Assembly (NCBI GenBank): GCA_041937175.2
Contig: CP166615.1
Coordinates: 2,176,001 to 2,240,000 of the forward strand
Origin: Limnothrix sp. BL-A-16
GTDB lineage: Bacteria; Cyanobacteriota; Cyanobacteriia; CACIAM-69d
Length of the DNA: 64,000 nt
Direction of reading: 5' to 3'
Shown here: positions 1 through 10,224 of the stretch, in pieces
Numbering within the stretch: position 1 is the first letter of the stretch
Layout of the letters: every line of letters begins with the position of its first letter
Made by a program: the position numbers and the translations under genes
The notes under the pieces: model-generated
What the model was told of the DNA's origin: nothing
The model's database searches: none
Seen by the model: only the letters and a program-made list of their open reading frames with translations

Positions 1-3000
1 TTGATCAATCGGAACCCATGGGGTCGCCGATCGGGATCGGCGTAGTAGTCCACGGGTTTAGGACTAATGCCGGTCACGTCGCTGATCGGCGGATCTTGCC
101 CCAAGGGATTGCCACGACCAATGCTCATGCGAGCACTTTCGGTGTCTAGGTTATAGCTCGACCAGGTGGTAGAGGGCGATCGCTCGATCGCGTCTTCCCG
201 GGTATTGTCCTCCCGGAATGCATAGATGATGCCGCCTGCTTCGTTCTTCTTCAGGTTGCCAAAGGTCAGCCACAGATCTCCCAGAGCAGATGGGGCGTAG
301 GTTTTTTGCCGCAGCATGTCGATATCGATATCTAGCACCCGCTCCACGAGGCGCTCTCGCCCGTCCATCAGGGCTGCATCCTTGAAAGCAACCCGGTGAT
401 ACTCGATCGCCTTGTCCGCTTTGGCCCCATCGTTGTCCACTGCCACAAACAACATCTGGGAGCAGTTAGGAGCGGAATTGGTACAACTACCCGTTGGCGT
501 GAGATTGTCGTCCACAGGCAGCAGCCAATCAGCCACTTTCCGAGGCTTGATGATGATTGACTCCAGATCCTTATCACTCAGCACCTGGAAATTACCCTGA
601 GCAACCGTCAGATAGGGATCGAAATACAGCTTGTCGTAAGGCGCATAGAATGGATCCGTAGCCTTGGGTTGGGCATGATCCACCTCCACGGACAGGGTAG
701 CCGTGCCCACTTCCAAGTCGGGGATTAGCGTTTTATCTCCATCCGCATCGTGAGCAATGAAGTCTTCAGATAGGGGCCGCGGGAACAGGTAGTACAGTGC
801 AGGATATTCGGGTTCTACGGGGCAGAGAGTACCTGCCAAGTGCAGAAACCGCTTCTCTTCCGCAACAGTTCCAGGAACTCCGTAGCCAAAGTAGTTATTC
901 CCCGTGGTCTTACTGAAGTCGCAACCAAATTCATAGGTTTTGGCTTGCTCGTACACCCGGCCGCCAAAAGCATAGCCAACGGTTAATGATCCGGAGGGCG
1001 GTGTGGGGGTCAGGTCATTTTGGACGGTGTAGCTGTAGTGATGTTTGGCGGTTTCCGCAGGGATGCTGCCAGCGGTGTTTTTGACCCGGCCGAAGTGGGT
1101 GGCAAAGCCAAAGGTACGATCGCGCTGGATTTGCTCTCGGAGTGCAATTAACCTGGCCCATTGTTGCAACTCAGTGGGTTTCAGTGGGTCGCTGTCCAAA
1201 CGGTTGAGGGCCGCTCCGCTGGTGCTCTTATCTGCCAGGGCCGCAACGTAGGCCTCCGGGGGCACCAATGGCGTAACTTCATCCGTGGAAGCGGTGGTTG
1301 CTGCAAACGGATTCTCACCAGGCTTCAGGGCTGGATCCGCAGCCGGAATCCGCTTCAGCAGGGGCGGACTAGCCAGGGGTTGACCGCCCTGAGTTTTGAG
1401 GCTGGCCAACTGCACTTCCACAAAATCTGCACCCTCCTGATCACGGCTATTGAAATCAGAGGGACTGCGCAGCCCAGAGTTTCCTGGATAAACCCGCACA
1501 GAGAAGGGCCCCGTGGTGTCTCCGGGGCGGAAAATGTCAACTCGTCCCAACTTGCGGTCATTGGCGCTGTCGGTGCGGGCCCCCGAGAGCCACTCCGCAC
1601 GGGAGGGGTCTTCCTTTTTATTCCAGGCTGGATCGTTGTCCCCAATTTTGCCGAGGGCTTCTGCCAGCTTATCGAGAACGGTAGTTTGGAAGTCCGGATC
1701 GCTGTAGTCGATCGCATCCAAATAGGCAATGTTGTAAGCCAACATGCCAGTGCTCAGGGCCGCAGTCTGCTGAGTGGTCGCATCAGCTGGACTGTTGTTG
1801 GTGTCATAGAGGGCCCGGCGCAAATTACTAAAGTCGCCCCACTTCACCAACTGCGGCAGCGGGTGAGTTTTGCCCGCTTCCTGCTTGGCGGGAAACGCAC
1901 CATCTTTGTCCCCTGCAAAGGTTGCCAGGTTTTCCAAAGCTTTCCGCAAGGTCGCGTTCAAGTTGACCGGTGTGCTGGTGGGACCAGTGCTAACGCTGAC
2001 CAACTCATTGAGTCGATCCACATCCATTTCCCAACCGTTCGTGCCGCGGCCGTGGAAAAAGTCGATCGCAAGTTCCTCTGATTCGTCTCCAAAGCGCTCC
2101 CCAAAGGCTGTCCATTCCGATTTGGTTTTGACACCGGCCGTGACAGGGAGTTTCTCAAAGGTTGCCGACTGTTTCAGGGTGTCGGGAGTCCCCGGGTGAA
2201 CAGTACTCGCCAAGGCAGCCACCGGCTTTACCCCTTGCCCAACACCCTTGTGAAAAAGCAACGTGCCTTGAACGGCGGCCGGGTTATCTTTATAGCTACG
2301 ACGCTGTAAGGCTTGAAGCGGCGTTGTTGCGTCAAATTCATCCGCTTGAGAGGGATAGCCCAGAGGATTTTCCAGAGGATTTTCCAACTCTAGGCGCTGA
2401 CCGGTAATGATCCGAGTCCCCTCATTAATGGCACGGCGCTCCCAGTAGCCATCCGCTCCCACTTCTGCCGGTTGTTCCGTATTGGTGTTGCGGGTTAGGC
2501 GCTCATCGCCAGTAATGTTGTCACCCACCTTTTTAGTGCCAGGCATCCTCAGCTCTGAGGAGCGGCCATAGGTTGGTCGAGGTCCATAGCGATTGTCAGC
2601 ACGGTAAAAGTCGTCTAGATAGGGCTTGGGTAGTGATTGTCCACTGAAGCGACGTGAATACTCTGCGCCTTCAGTTTTTGTCCAATCTTCTCCAGACCTA
2701 GCCTTAACAGTCCTTCGACGAGCGCTAACATCTTCTGTATAGAGAAGCAATGGATCTAATGCCAAGTCAATCGCCTTACCGCTAAAGCTCACCGAGTCAG
2801 TTTCTGTTGTAAAGTTATTGCTCGCTTGAACAATCACTCCACTAGCTGGTTTGTAATCAATAGATAGCTTTGGATCGCCTGCAAAGTTTGATCGCGGGCC
2901 TGAAACTGCGCTTGAGATCAAGTCACCTTTGAAGTTTTTGCAAATTCCTTCACCGGTATAGCTCTTGCAAGATGCCGTAGAACTGTTACCTGATGGGTTT

Positions 3001-4136
3001 TCTGGGGATACACTGATGCTAGAAGCCTCGGGATCTTGGTAAAGACAAGAGGACGGAGCACTAACCCAAAACAAGCGCGTTGGGTTGTTAGCCCCAGCCA
3101 AAAACATAGATCCCTCAGTGTGCATGGCTCCATTCCAGTTAAAGCGCGCCCCGGAGAATAATTCTAGGTCGTTACGAAACCAGGCTCCCCACTTATTGCC
3201 TTTTTCTACAATCCGGTCTTGCTGGAATTCAAGAGTAGCAATAGTATTTGTTCCACCCCCTGGCCGATCAACATTAGCTCGTGGAATCACAACCGCATCT
3301 ACCTGAAAATTTTTGCGCAGGGTAGAGGTTTTTTTCTGATCTTGATACCAGCCTGCTTCAATTGGAGGGAGGATTTCAGGACTTATTTTCCCGAGTTGCT
3401 CTGCAATATTGCAGGCACTTCCCAGCTTTTCCTCTTGAATTAGAGGGCCTGTACGAGTTCTTAAAGCCGCAGCGCGTGCTTGTAATGAAGCACGCTTCAT
3501 ATCAGCATTTGGCTCGCCAGCAGCATTGACAGGTAAGGAGTTGAAAATAATCGAATAGGCAATATCAGCATCCTGCTCTCCATCGCCATCAGTATCTGCG
3601 GGAAATTGCCAAGCTGGGTCTGGCTCCCCGTCTTTATTGATGTCAAGCTGAATTTCACCAGGAAGTGTGTAAATTTGTTTCGGTTTTTCGTTAAAAACAG
3701 GATCAAATGCGCTGCTACCAGTGAGGTTTTTGTTCAGCAACATACTGAGCAAATATTTTTCAGAGGGCACTCCGTTGGTTGGGATTCGTGGATCCTGGAG
3801 GAAAAGTTTTTCAAGCTTGGCTTTGGCGCGATCGATTGCGGGGGTGGCGGCGTTGTAGATCACCTTTTGGGCCCGATCGGCGGCGACTTGATCTGTGCGG
3901 TTGAGGGTGCGCAACGACAGGGCAGTAATCGTGAGGGCCACCACCACCAGCAACAAGGCGGTGGTTGGCAACACGAAACCCGCTTGCGATCGCAGCCGTC
4001 GCCAATAGGGATTAGGGGCCAAAATTTGGGGTCGATCGCCCGATCGCCCTCGACGATGCAACAGTCGCTGGAACTGCGCGATCGTTCGTCCCAATTGGAA
4101 CGAAATAGCCAAAACTAGCCGCCGCAGGATCATCAT
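1..4136 (-). CDS. hpsA: Hormogonium polysaccharide/gliding motility protein HpsA (pilin-like N-terminus); 5' part only, runs off the window edge
   Basis: Missing from the ORF track because it has no stop in the window. Hand translation from ATG 4136 gives MMILRRL...RSQAG|FVLPTTALLLVVVALTITALSLRTLNRT...IYNAATPAIDRAKAKLEKLF. The same frame gives DGYWERRAINEGTRIITGQRLEL near 2450 and RRPHGFRLI at the edge. These are HpsA-type motifs. The frame was checked at several points, not at every codon. Confidence 0.85.
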   Translation of the reverse strand, partial: MMILRRLVLAISFQLGRTIAQFQRLLHRRGRSGDRPQILAPNPYWRRLRSQAGFVLPTTALLLVVVALTITALSLRTLNRTDQVAADRAQKVIYNAATPAIDRAKAKLEKLFLQDPRIPTNGVPSEKYLLSMLLNKNLTGSSAFDPVFNEKPKQIYTLPGEIQLDINKDGEPDPAWQFPADTDGDGEQDADIAYSIIFNSLPVNAAGEPNADMKRASLQARAAALRTRTGPLIQEEKLGSACNIAEQLGKISPEILPPIEAGWYQDQKKTSTLRKNFQVDAVVIPRANVDRPGGGTNTIATLEFQQDRIVEKGNKWGAWFRNDLELFSGARFNWNGAMHTEGSMFLAGANNPTRLFWVSAPSSCLYQDPEASSISVSPENPSGNSSTASCKSYTGEGICKNFKGDLISSAVSGPRSNFAGDPKLSIDYKPASGVIVQASNNFTTETDSVSFSGKAIDLALDPLLLYTEDVSARRRTVKARSGEDWTKTEGAEYSRRFSGQSLPKPYLDDFYRADNRYGPRPTYGRSSELRMPGTKKVGDNITGDERLTRNTNTEQPAEVGADGYWERRAINEGTRIITGQRLELENPLENPLGYPSQADEFDATTPLQALQRRSYKDNPAAVQGTLLFHKGVGQGVKPVAALASTVHPGTPDTLKQSATFEKLPVTAGVKTKSEWTAFGERFGDESEELAIDFFHGRGTNGWEMDVDRLNELVSVSTGPTSTPVNLNATLRKALENLATFAGDKDGAFPAKQEAGKTHPLPQLVKWGDFSNLRRALYDTNNSPADATTQQTAALSTGMLAYNIAYLDAIDYSDPDFQTTVLDKLAEALGKIGDNDPAWNKKEDPSRAEWLSGARTDSANDRKLGRVDIFRPGDTTGPFSVRVYPGNSGLRSPSDFNSRDQEGADFVEVQLASLKTQGGQPLASPPLLKRIPAADPALKPGENPFAATTASTDEVTPLVPPEAYVAALADKSTSGAALNRLDSDPLKPTELQQWARLIALREQIQRDRTFGFATHFGRVKNTAGSIPAETAKHHYSYTVQNDLTPTPPSGSLTVGYAFGGRVYEQAKTYEFGCDFSKTTGNNYFGYGVPGTVAEEKRFLHLAGTLCPVEPEYPALYYLFPRPLSEDFIAHDADGDKTLIPDLEVGTATLSVEVDHAQPKATDPFYAPYDKLYFDPYLTVAQGNFQVLSDKDLESIIIKPRKVADWLLPVDDNLTPTGSCTNSAPNCSQMLFVAVDNDGAKADKAIEYHRVAFKDAALMDGRERLVERVLDIDIDMLRQKTYAPSALGDLWLTFGNLKKNEAGGIIYAFREDNTREDAIERSPSTTWSSYNLDTESARMSIGRGNPLGQDPPISDVTGISPKPVDYYADPDRRPHGFRLI

Positions 4137-4592
4137 ATTGGCTCTACCAACTTGGCCTGAGAGTTCTTGAAAAACTGACCCGAAACACACCCATTACAGC
4201 AAAGGGCGGGGCGTTGGAGAGTGACCGTCAATCTCAGAACGGTTTCTCGTCGCTACCCCAACATGACTCACTGTCCCTAGACCGGCGGCGCTCCGAATCG
4301 GTTCCATCCCAATCACGCTAGGTGGCTGTGCTTGAACCGCCCAAAAATTATCGGCTTGCAGCCTTGAAGTGTCGCGCTTCAGGGGAGCAACCAAACCGGA
4401 GCATCGCCTAGGGCTTGAGGGAAGATCTAAGCACTTAGCCCAAACTTACCCATCCGCCATTCTGGATCGATCGGGAAATCAGAAGTTTTTTTTAATTCTT
4501 TACATTTTAGGACTTGACATCCTCCCGAACAGGCGGGCTAATTACCTCGCCGCAAACATCAGCCCGTCTGTTCAACCCTCTTGGCTCAACCT

Positions 4593-6002
4593 CTAGCCAT
4601 TGCTCCAAGCCAGGTCAGCCACCTGCTTAGACACAGCAGCCGTCAGCACTTCATGGCCACCCTCGGTCACCAACACATCATCCTCAATCCGAATCCCAAT
4701 CCCACGCCACTGTTCTGGCACTTCCGGTTGAGCGGGCCAATCGTCTTCCTCGCCGGGCTGCTTCGGTTCGATGTCTGGGGCAATGTAGAGGCCTGGCTCC
4801 ACCGTTAGCACCTGACCCGGCTGGAGATAGCAGGGATCATCGCCGTAGGTATAGACCCCCACATCATGCACATCCAAGCCTAACCAATGGCTGGTGCGGT
4901 GGGGATAGAAGGGGCGATAGAGTTCTTTTTCGATGATTTGCTCGACGCTACCGACCATCAACCCCAAGTCCAAGAGTCCTTCGACTAGGACTTTCAGGGC
5001 CACATCATGCACGTTGCTATAGGGATCGCCGGGTTTGACGGCTTCGATCGCCGCCATCTGGGCCGCCAACACCAACTCATAGAGCGCTTGTTGCTCAGGG
5101 CTGAACCGACCGCTAACGGGGAAGGTGCGGGTGATGTCGCTGTTGTAGTAGCCGTAGGCGCAACCGGCATCAATCAGCAATAGGTCACCAGCTTGCAGTT
5201 GGCAGTTGTTTTCCACGTAATGCAGGATGCAGGCGTTTTCCCCGGTGGCGACGATCGCCGGGTAAGCCGGCCCCCAGCCACCGCGCGATCGACAGAGGCG
5301 ATCGAGTTCCGCTTGCACTTCATATTCCCAGCAGCCAGGCCGCGCCATTTCCATGGCCCGCTGGTGGGCCTCGGCGGCGATGTCGGCCGCTTGGCGCATG
5401 GCCGCCAATTCCAACGGGGATTTAATGTTGCGCAGTTGGTGCAGGCGGCCGATCGGGTCTTCGAGGGCTACGGGGCCGCGCCCTTTGCGGAAATAACTCC
5501 GTCGCTGCTGTTTCCACAGATCCAGAATCTGCGCATCGAAGTGGGGATCATGGCCAAGGCTATAGAAGATGCGATCACCCGTTTGCAGGTATTGCGGCAG
5601 CTTGGCCGTTAACTCTTCGATCGGGTAGACCACATCTGCCCCGATCGCCTCTTTAGCCGCTTCCACCCCCAGCCGCCGCCCCGACCAAGTTTCCGCCAGT
5701 CGATCCTTAGGGCGCACAAACAAGATGAACTGATGTTCCTCATGGTTAGGAGCCAGCACTGCCACGGCCGCTGGTTCATCAAACCCCGTCACGTAATAAA
5801 AATCGCTGTCCTGGCGGTAGTTGTATTCCACATCGTTGTGCATCACCGCATGGGGCGCACTGCGGAAAATGGCTACCCCGGAGCCAATTTTTTCCAGCAA
5901 CCGGGCCCGGCGCGATCGATATTCCTCCGCCCAACCGGGAGCCATGTAACCCGTGGGAGATCCGCTACTAACCCTTGCTGTGGCGACCATCGGCGATTGC
6001 AT
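4593..6002 (-). CDS. pepP: Xaa-Pro aminopeptidase (M24B, aminopeptidase P)
   Basis: YRQDSDFYYVTGF, LIDAG..YNSDITRT, HWLGLDVHD, TVEPGLY and GIRIEDDV motifs; start codon uncertain. Confidence 0.93.
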   Translation of the reverse strand: MQSPMVATARVSSGSPTGYMAPGWAEEYRSRRARLLEKIGSGVAIFRSAPHAVMHNDVEYNYRQDSDFYYVTGFDEPAAVAVLAPNHEEHQFILFVRPKDRLAETWSGRRLGVEAAKEAIGADVVYPIEELTAKLPQYLQTGDRIFYSLGHDPHFDAQILDLWKQQRRSYFRKGRGPVALEDPIGRLHQLRNIKSPLELAAMRQAADIAAEAHQRAMEMARPGCWEYEVQAELDRLCRSRGGWGPAYPAIVATGENACILHYVENNCQLQAGDLLLIDAGCAYGYYNSDITRTFPVSGRFSPEQQALYELVLAAQMAAIEAVKPGDPYSNVHDVALKVLVEGLLDLGLMVGSVEQIIEKELYRPFYPHRTSHWLGLDVHDVGVYTYGDDPCYLQPGQVLTVEPGLYIAPDIEPKQPGEEDDWPAQPEVPEQWRGIGIRIEDDVLVTEGGHEVLTAAVSKQVADLAWSNG

Positions 6003-6250
6003 CCTTAGCTATTCCTAACTCAAGCCAAAACTGATAGACAGTGATGGCACGACAAATCTAAAACGTTCAATCAGGTTTGGAGAGCCGTTTTGACAACCCA
6101 AAGGCCTTGGAACCGCCGCCAAATCACCCAAAATCCTGATGTTGCCGTTGAGAGATCGTGAGTAGCAAGGGGCTTCAGCCCCTTGTCCACGATGATCGAG
6201 GCATGGAAAATCAGCCGCTTCAGCCTACGCCTAGGAAACAACGACAGCCC

Positions 6251-7648
6251 CTAGGCCGCTTCACCACCCACCACCACATTGCGGATCCGCAAGCTGGGGC
6301 CGCCGCAACCAACCGGTAGGCCGCTTTGGCCACCCTTGCCGCAACCGCCGGACTCATCCCAATAGAAGTCGTCCCCGATCGCCTCAATGTCCGCCAGGGT
6401 CTTGAAGGCATTACCCGACAGCGTGACATCCCGCACCGGCTCAGCCAGTTCACCATTGCGCACCATCCAAGCCTCTCCCGCCGTGAAGGTGAACATCTCG
6501 CCGTTGGTCATGCCGCCCAGCCAGTTGCGCGCATAAACCCCCTCTTCGATCCCGGCAATCAAGTCAGCGGCCGGAGTTTCGCCACGTTCGATCCAAGTGT
6601 TGGTCATCCGGACGATCGGGGCGTAGTGATAGTTCAAGCAACGGGCATTCCCCGTCGGCTGTTCCTCCAGCCGGCCTGCCGTTTCCCGGGAATGCAGCCG
6701 CCCAGTCAACACGCCGTTGGTGATCAGTTGGGTGGTGCTGGCCGGTGTACCCTCGTCATCGTAGGCATAGCTACCCCGATGGCCCGCAGGTGCTGCACCA
6801 TCAAAAATTTGCAGATTTTCGGGGCCAAAGCGGCGACCCAGGCTCATGGTTTCCAGTAAATCGGGATTTTCGTAGGCCATATCGGCTTCGGACAAATGCC
6901 CAAACGCCTCGTGCACAAACAATCCCGTCAAGATCGGATCAATCACCACTTGATAGGTTCCGGCCTTCACCGAAGGCAGCGACAGGGCATCCACCGCCCG
7001 CCGGGCTGCCCCGCGTACCTGATCATCTAACTGAGTCAGGTCTTCATAGCCGTTGCGGGAGCCGGTGGTTTCCCGGCCCGTTTGCACCGTTTCGCCATTG
7101 CGGGCCGTGGCCGCAAACCGCATCTCCATATCCACCCAGGATTGCTCCAACAGCGTGCCTTCGGAGGTAGCCAGCAGGGTGCGTTGGGTGCTGTCGCCAT
7201 AGCGCACCATGGTGGTAGCAATTCGACCATCAACGGCGCGCAAAATTTCTGCGTAGTGGTCGCAGAGGGCCTTTTTGTCCGATAAGGACACCTGCCGGGG
7301 ATCCGTGCCAGCCAAGGGCAAGGTGCAGGTAGCTTGAACCGGCGCGACCGGAGCCAGCAGGGTTTCGTCATCCCCCACCAGATGGGCCGCCGCGATCGCC
7401 TCTTCCAATCGTTCCAGAAGGGTATCCAGTCGGTTAAAGCTGGCAAAGCCCCAACCGCCCTTGTGGCAAGCCCGCACTTGCCCCCCGATCGCCACGCTTT
7501 CGCTGAGGGTTTCCAGGCGACCCCCGCGCAGCAAAATATCGGTTCCCTGGGATTCTTCGAGGCGGATGGCCAAAAAGTCCACCCGATCGCGGTAGCGGGC
7601 GATCGCCTCAGTCAGTCGGTTACGAGCATCAGTCAGCCAGTCAGTCAT
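6251..7648 (-). CDS. tldD: TldD/PmbA family metalloprotease
   Basis: HEAFGH, DDEG, RMTNT and GCGKGGQ..PVG.GGP motifs; ATG at 7648 preferred. Confidence 0.9.
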   Translation of the reverse strand: MTDWLTDARNRLTEAIARYRDRVDFLAIRLEESQGTDILLRGGRLETLSESVAIGGQVRACHKGGWGFASFNRLDTLLERLEEAIAAAHLVGDDETLLAPVAPVQATCTLPLAGTDPRQVSLSDKKALCDHYAEILRAVDGRIATTMVRYGDSTQRTLLATSEGTLLEQSWVDMEMRFAATARNGETVQTGRETTGSRNGYEDLTQLDDQVRGAARRAVDALSLPSVKAGTYQVVIDPILTGLFVHEAFGHLSEADMAYENPDLLETMSLGRRFGPENLQIFDGAAPAGHRGSYAYDDEGTPASTTQLITNGVLTGRLHSRETAGRLEEQPTGNARCLNYHYAPIVRMTNTWIERGETPAADLIAGIEEGVYARNWLGGMTNGEMFTFTAGEAWMVRNGELAEPVRDVTLSGNAFKTLADIEAIGDDFYWDESGGCGKGGQSGLPVGCGGPSLRIRNVVVGGEAA

Positions 7649-7930
7649 AACGCGGTTGCGGTTGCGGGTTAAGTTCGCTGGAACGCTTGCGAGCACTCAC
7701 TTTGGACAGTGGCTTCTATTATGGCTTGGCTGGGGCCTTCCGGGACGGAACCGGGCCCGATCGCCCAAAGCTTGCCCAAAGGTGGCTTGGTTGCCCGCTG
7801 GCGGCCAGTCAATTGCCCGCCAATTGCACGCAAGTTGCACTATTGTCGATCCTAGGCTTGGGTTCTGTTGCTGGCTTTCCGTTCCCATGGCTCCCCAAGG
7901 CTGCCAACTCCTAAAATTTCACCCCAGATC

Positions 7931-8359
7931 ATGAATTCCGTTGAACGTTTAATTGTGATGGCCGAAGACGAACTCACTGAGTTTAGTACCGATGCCCGCA
8001 AGGTCGAAAAATTGCGCCGCAAAATTGGCCTCACCCTCTCGGCTACCGAACAACGCCAAGCCAAGGAGCAATTAAGGGCGGAATTGGCCGAAGGGGGACA
8101 ACTAGCGGAGTTTGTGGAAAAACAGCGCCAGTCGATCGCCCTGCCCTTTTGGGGGGTGACGGGTCTTGGGTTGCTGATTGGTGTGTCCATGGAACAGCCG
8201 GCCGCCTTTGTGTTTGTGATTGCCGGAACCTTGGCCGCCTGGACGGTGCAAAAGTGGGGGTGGCGTTTGCAAGCCAAGCGGTTGATTTTGAACACCCTTG
8301 AGGATTTGACCAAAGGTGGTGGGAATGGCGGGAATAGTGATTCTGCCGCCGCCAACTAG
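7931..8359 (+). CDS. Conserved cyanobacterial hypothetical membrane protein
   Basis: N-terminal helical segment plus two hydrophobic helices; ends 4 nt before the channel gene. Confidence 0.75.
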   Translation: MNSVERLIVMAEDELTEFSTDARKVEKLRRKIGLTLSATEQRQAKEQLRAELAEGGQLAEFVEKQRQSIALPFWGVTGLGLLIGVSMEQPAAFVFVIAGTLAAWTVQKWGWRLQAKRLILNTLEDLTKGGGNGGNSDSAAAN

Positions 8360-8363
8360 CCCC

Positions 8364-9194
8364 ATGACGGCAGTAGAAGCAGGGCGATCGCTCACTCCCG
8401 TTCAACAGCGAGTGATCGCCATTCTGGATGATCTGGAAACACCCCTGAGCCGTTGGGTCAACGGGGCCATTGCCGTTTCAATTCTGTTGTCGGCCGTGAC
8501 CTTCGTGATTGAAACCTTCACAATTGATGATCAATTGCGGATGGTTTTAACCGTAGGCAACCGAATGTTGGCCGGGGTGTTTGCGGTGGAATATGCCCTG
8601 CGATTATGGTGTGCAGAACGCAGGTGGCGCTATGTTTTTAGCCCTTACGCGATCATCGATGCGATCGCGATCGCGCCGCTGCTGATTGGGTTTTGGGATG
8701 TGCGGTTTTTGCGGCTGTTGCGTTGGTTTCGAGTGTTGCGCCTGGTGCGCTTTCTCGATCGCCGCTACATCCCCCAATGGCTGGCGGCGGACGATCGGCT
8801 GATTATCACCCGTATTTTGTTTACTCTTTTTTCGATTGTTTTTATTTATTCCGGCTTAATTTATCAAGTTGAACATCCTAAAAATCCCACTGTTATTGAA
8901 AATTTCTTAGATGCCTTTTATTTTGCAGTGGTTACCATGACCACCGTGGGTTATGGCGATATTACTCCGGTTTCCAAGGCGGGGAAATTAGTGACTGTTT
9001 TGATGATCTTGTCAGGAATTGCCATCATTCCTTGGCAAATTAGCGATTTGATCAAAAGCTTTGTAAACACCAACGATAAAATTCGCAATGCCTGCGATCG
9101 CTGCGGCCTGATTTTTCATGACCCAGATGCCAGTTATTGCCGTCGTTGTGGAGCGGCTTTGCCCAGTTCTGCCGATGACATTGCTGATTTGTAA
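8364..9194 (+). CDS. Voltage-gated-type potassium channel (ion transporter) with C-terminal Zn-ribbon
   Basis: S4-like RFLRLLRWFRVLRLVR, selectivity filter TMTTVGYGD, C-terminal CxxC...CxxC. Confidence 0.92.
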   Translation: MTAVEAGRSLTPVQQRVIAILDDLETPLSRWVNGAIAVSILLSAVTFVIETFTIDDQLRMVLTVGNRMLAGVFAVEYALRLWCAERRWRYVFSPYAIIDAIAIAPLLIGFWDVRFLRLLRWFRVLRLVRFLDRRYIPQWLAADDRLIITRILFTLFSIVFIYSGLIYQVEHPKNPTVIENFLDAFYFAVVTMTTVGYGDITPVSKAGKLVTVLMILSGIAIIPWQISDLIKSFVNTNDKIRNACDRCGLIFHDPDASYCRRCGAALPSSADDIADL

Positions 9195-9208
9195 ATCACG
9201 ATCTCTTA

Positions 9209-9339
9209 GAGGATGTTTGAAAAGTATCTTTTGGCCTGTGCCAAACACCAATAGTTGTGGGAGCAAGGGGCTTAAGCCCCTTGTCTACACCGATCCCTGG
9301 GGCGTACAGAGTAGCAATTTTGGCTTTTCAGACATCCTC
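9209..9339 (+). mobile_element. MITE family A, copy 1 (131 bp)
   Basis: Ends GAGGATGTTTGAAAAG...CTTTTCAGACATCCTC, flanked by TTA/TTA; internal 20-bp palindrome at 9264-9283; homologous copies elsewhere in the window. Confidence 0.85.
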
Positions 9340-9391
9340 TTAGGATTAACTCAACTGGTTTTGCCTCAATTAGCATTAAGCCAATCAACCT

Positions 9392-10213
9392 ATGATCTCT
9401 AATTCTGAACCTATCCTGTCACCCAATTTATTAGCTTTGGATTTTGATGGGGTGCTCTGTGATGGACTGCTGGAATATTTTGAAATTGCTCGCAAAACCC
9501 ATCAGGAACTATGGCAATTAGCTGACCCGATCGCCCCAGAGCTAGCGGAATCATTCTATCGACTTCGGCCCGTGATCGAAACGGGTTGGGAAATGCCCGT
9601 TTTAATTCAGGCCTTGGTGGACGGCCATTCAATCACGGACATTCAATCCCATTGGCGATCGATTGCAGAAGCCATCGTGCAGCGCGATCGATTAACAGCA
9701 GCCCAACTGTCGCAACGATTAGACAGCAACCGCGATCGGTGGATCCGGGAAGATTTAGACGGCTGGTTAGTGTTGCATCGCTTTTTTCCTGGCGTGATTG
9801 AGCAATTAAAAACTTGGCTCAATTCAGCCAATGCTGATTCCTCTTTGGAAGTTGTGATTATTACCACCAAAGAAGAGCGGTTTGTGCGGCAACTGCTCGA
9901 TCGGGCAGGGGTTAATCATCAATCACTGGTGATCTTTGGGAAAGCAACCCGTCAACCGAAAGCCAGCACCTTAAAGCAGTGGATTGGGCAAAAGTCTCGC
10001 ATTTGGTTTGTGGAAGATATGTTGCCAACCCTGAATAAAGTCATCCAAGAACCGGCGTTGGATCAGGTGGAATTATTCCTGGCCAATTGGGGCTATAACA
10101 CTGAGGGCGATCGCGCCCAAGCGGCCCAGAGCGATCGGATTCATTGTCTCAGCCTTGAGCAATTTGCCCAACCGTTTTCCCAATGGTTAACCACAACCGA
10201 TTCAGCTCGTTAA
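9392..10213 (+). CDS. HAD-superfamily hydrolase
   Basis: Motif I LDFDGV, plus TTK and FVED motifs. Confidence 0.85.
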   Translation: MISNSEPILSPNLLALDFDGVLCDGLLEYFEIARKTHQELWQLADPIAPELAESFYRLRPVIETGWEMPVLIQALVDGHSITDIQSHWRSIAEAIVQRDRLTAAQLSQRLDSNRDRWIREDLDGWLVLHRFFPGVIEQLKTWLNSANADSSLEVVIITTKEERFVRQLLDRAGVNHQSLVIFGKATRQPKASTLKQWIGQKSRIWFVEDMLPTLNKVIQEPALDQVELFLANWGYNTEGDRAQAAQSDRIHCLSLEQFAQPFSQWLTTTDSAR

Positions 10214-10224
10214 TTCTCGAAGAA

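Noticed and set aside
1161..2081. 306-aa + strand ORF (and other ORF-track calls in 1-4118)
   Set aside because: Antisense or off-frame shadows of hpsA with no recognisable motifs
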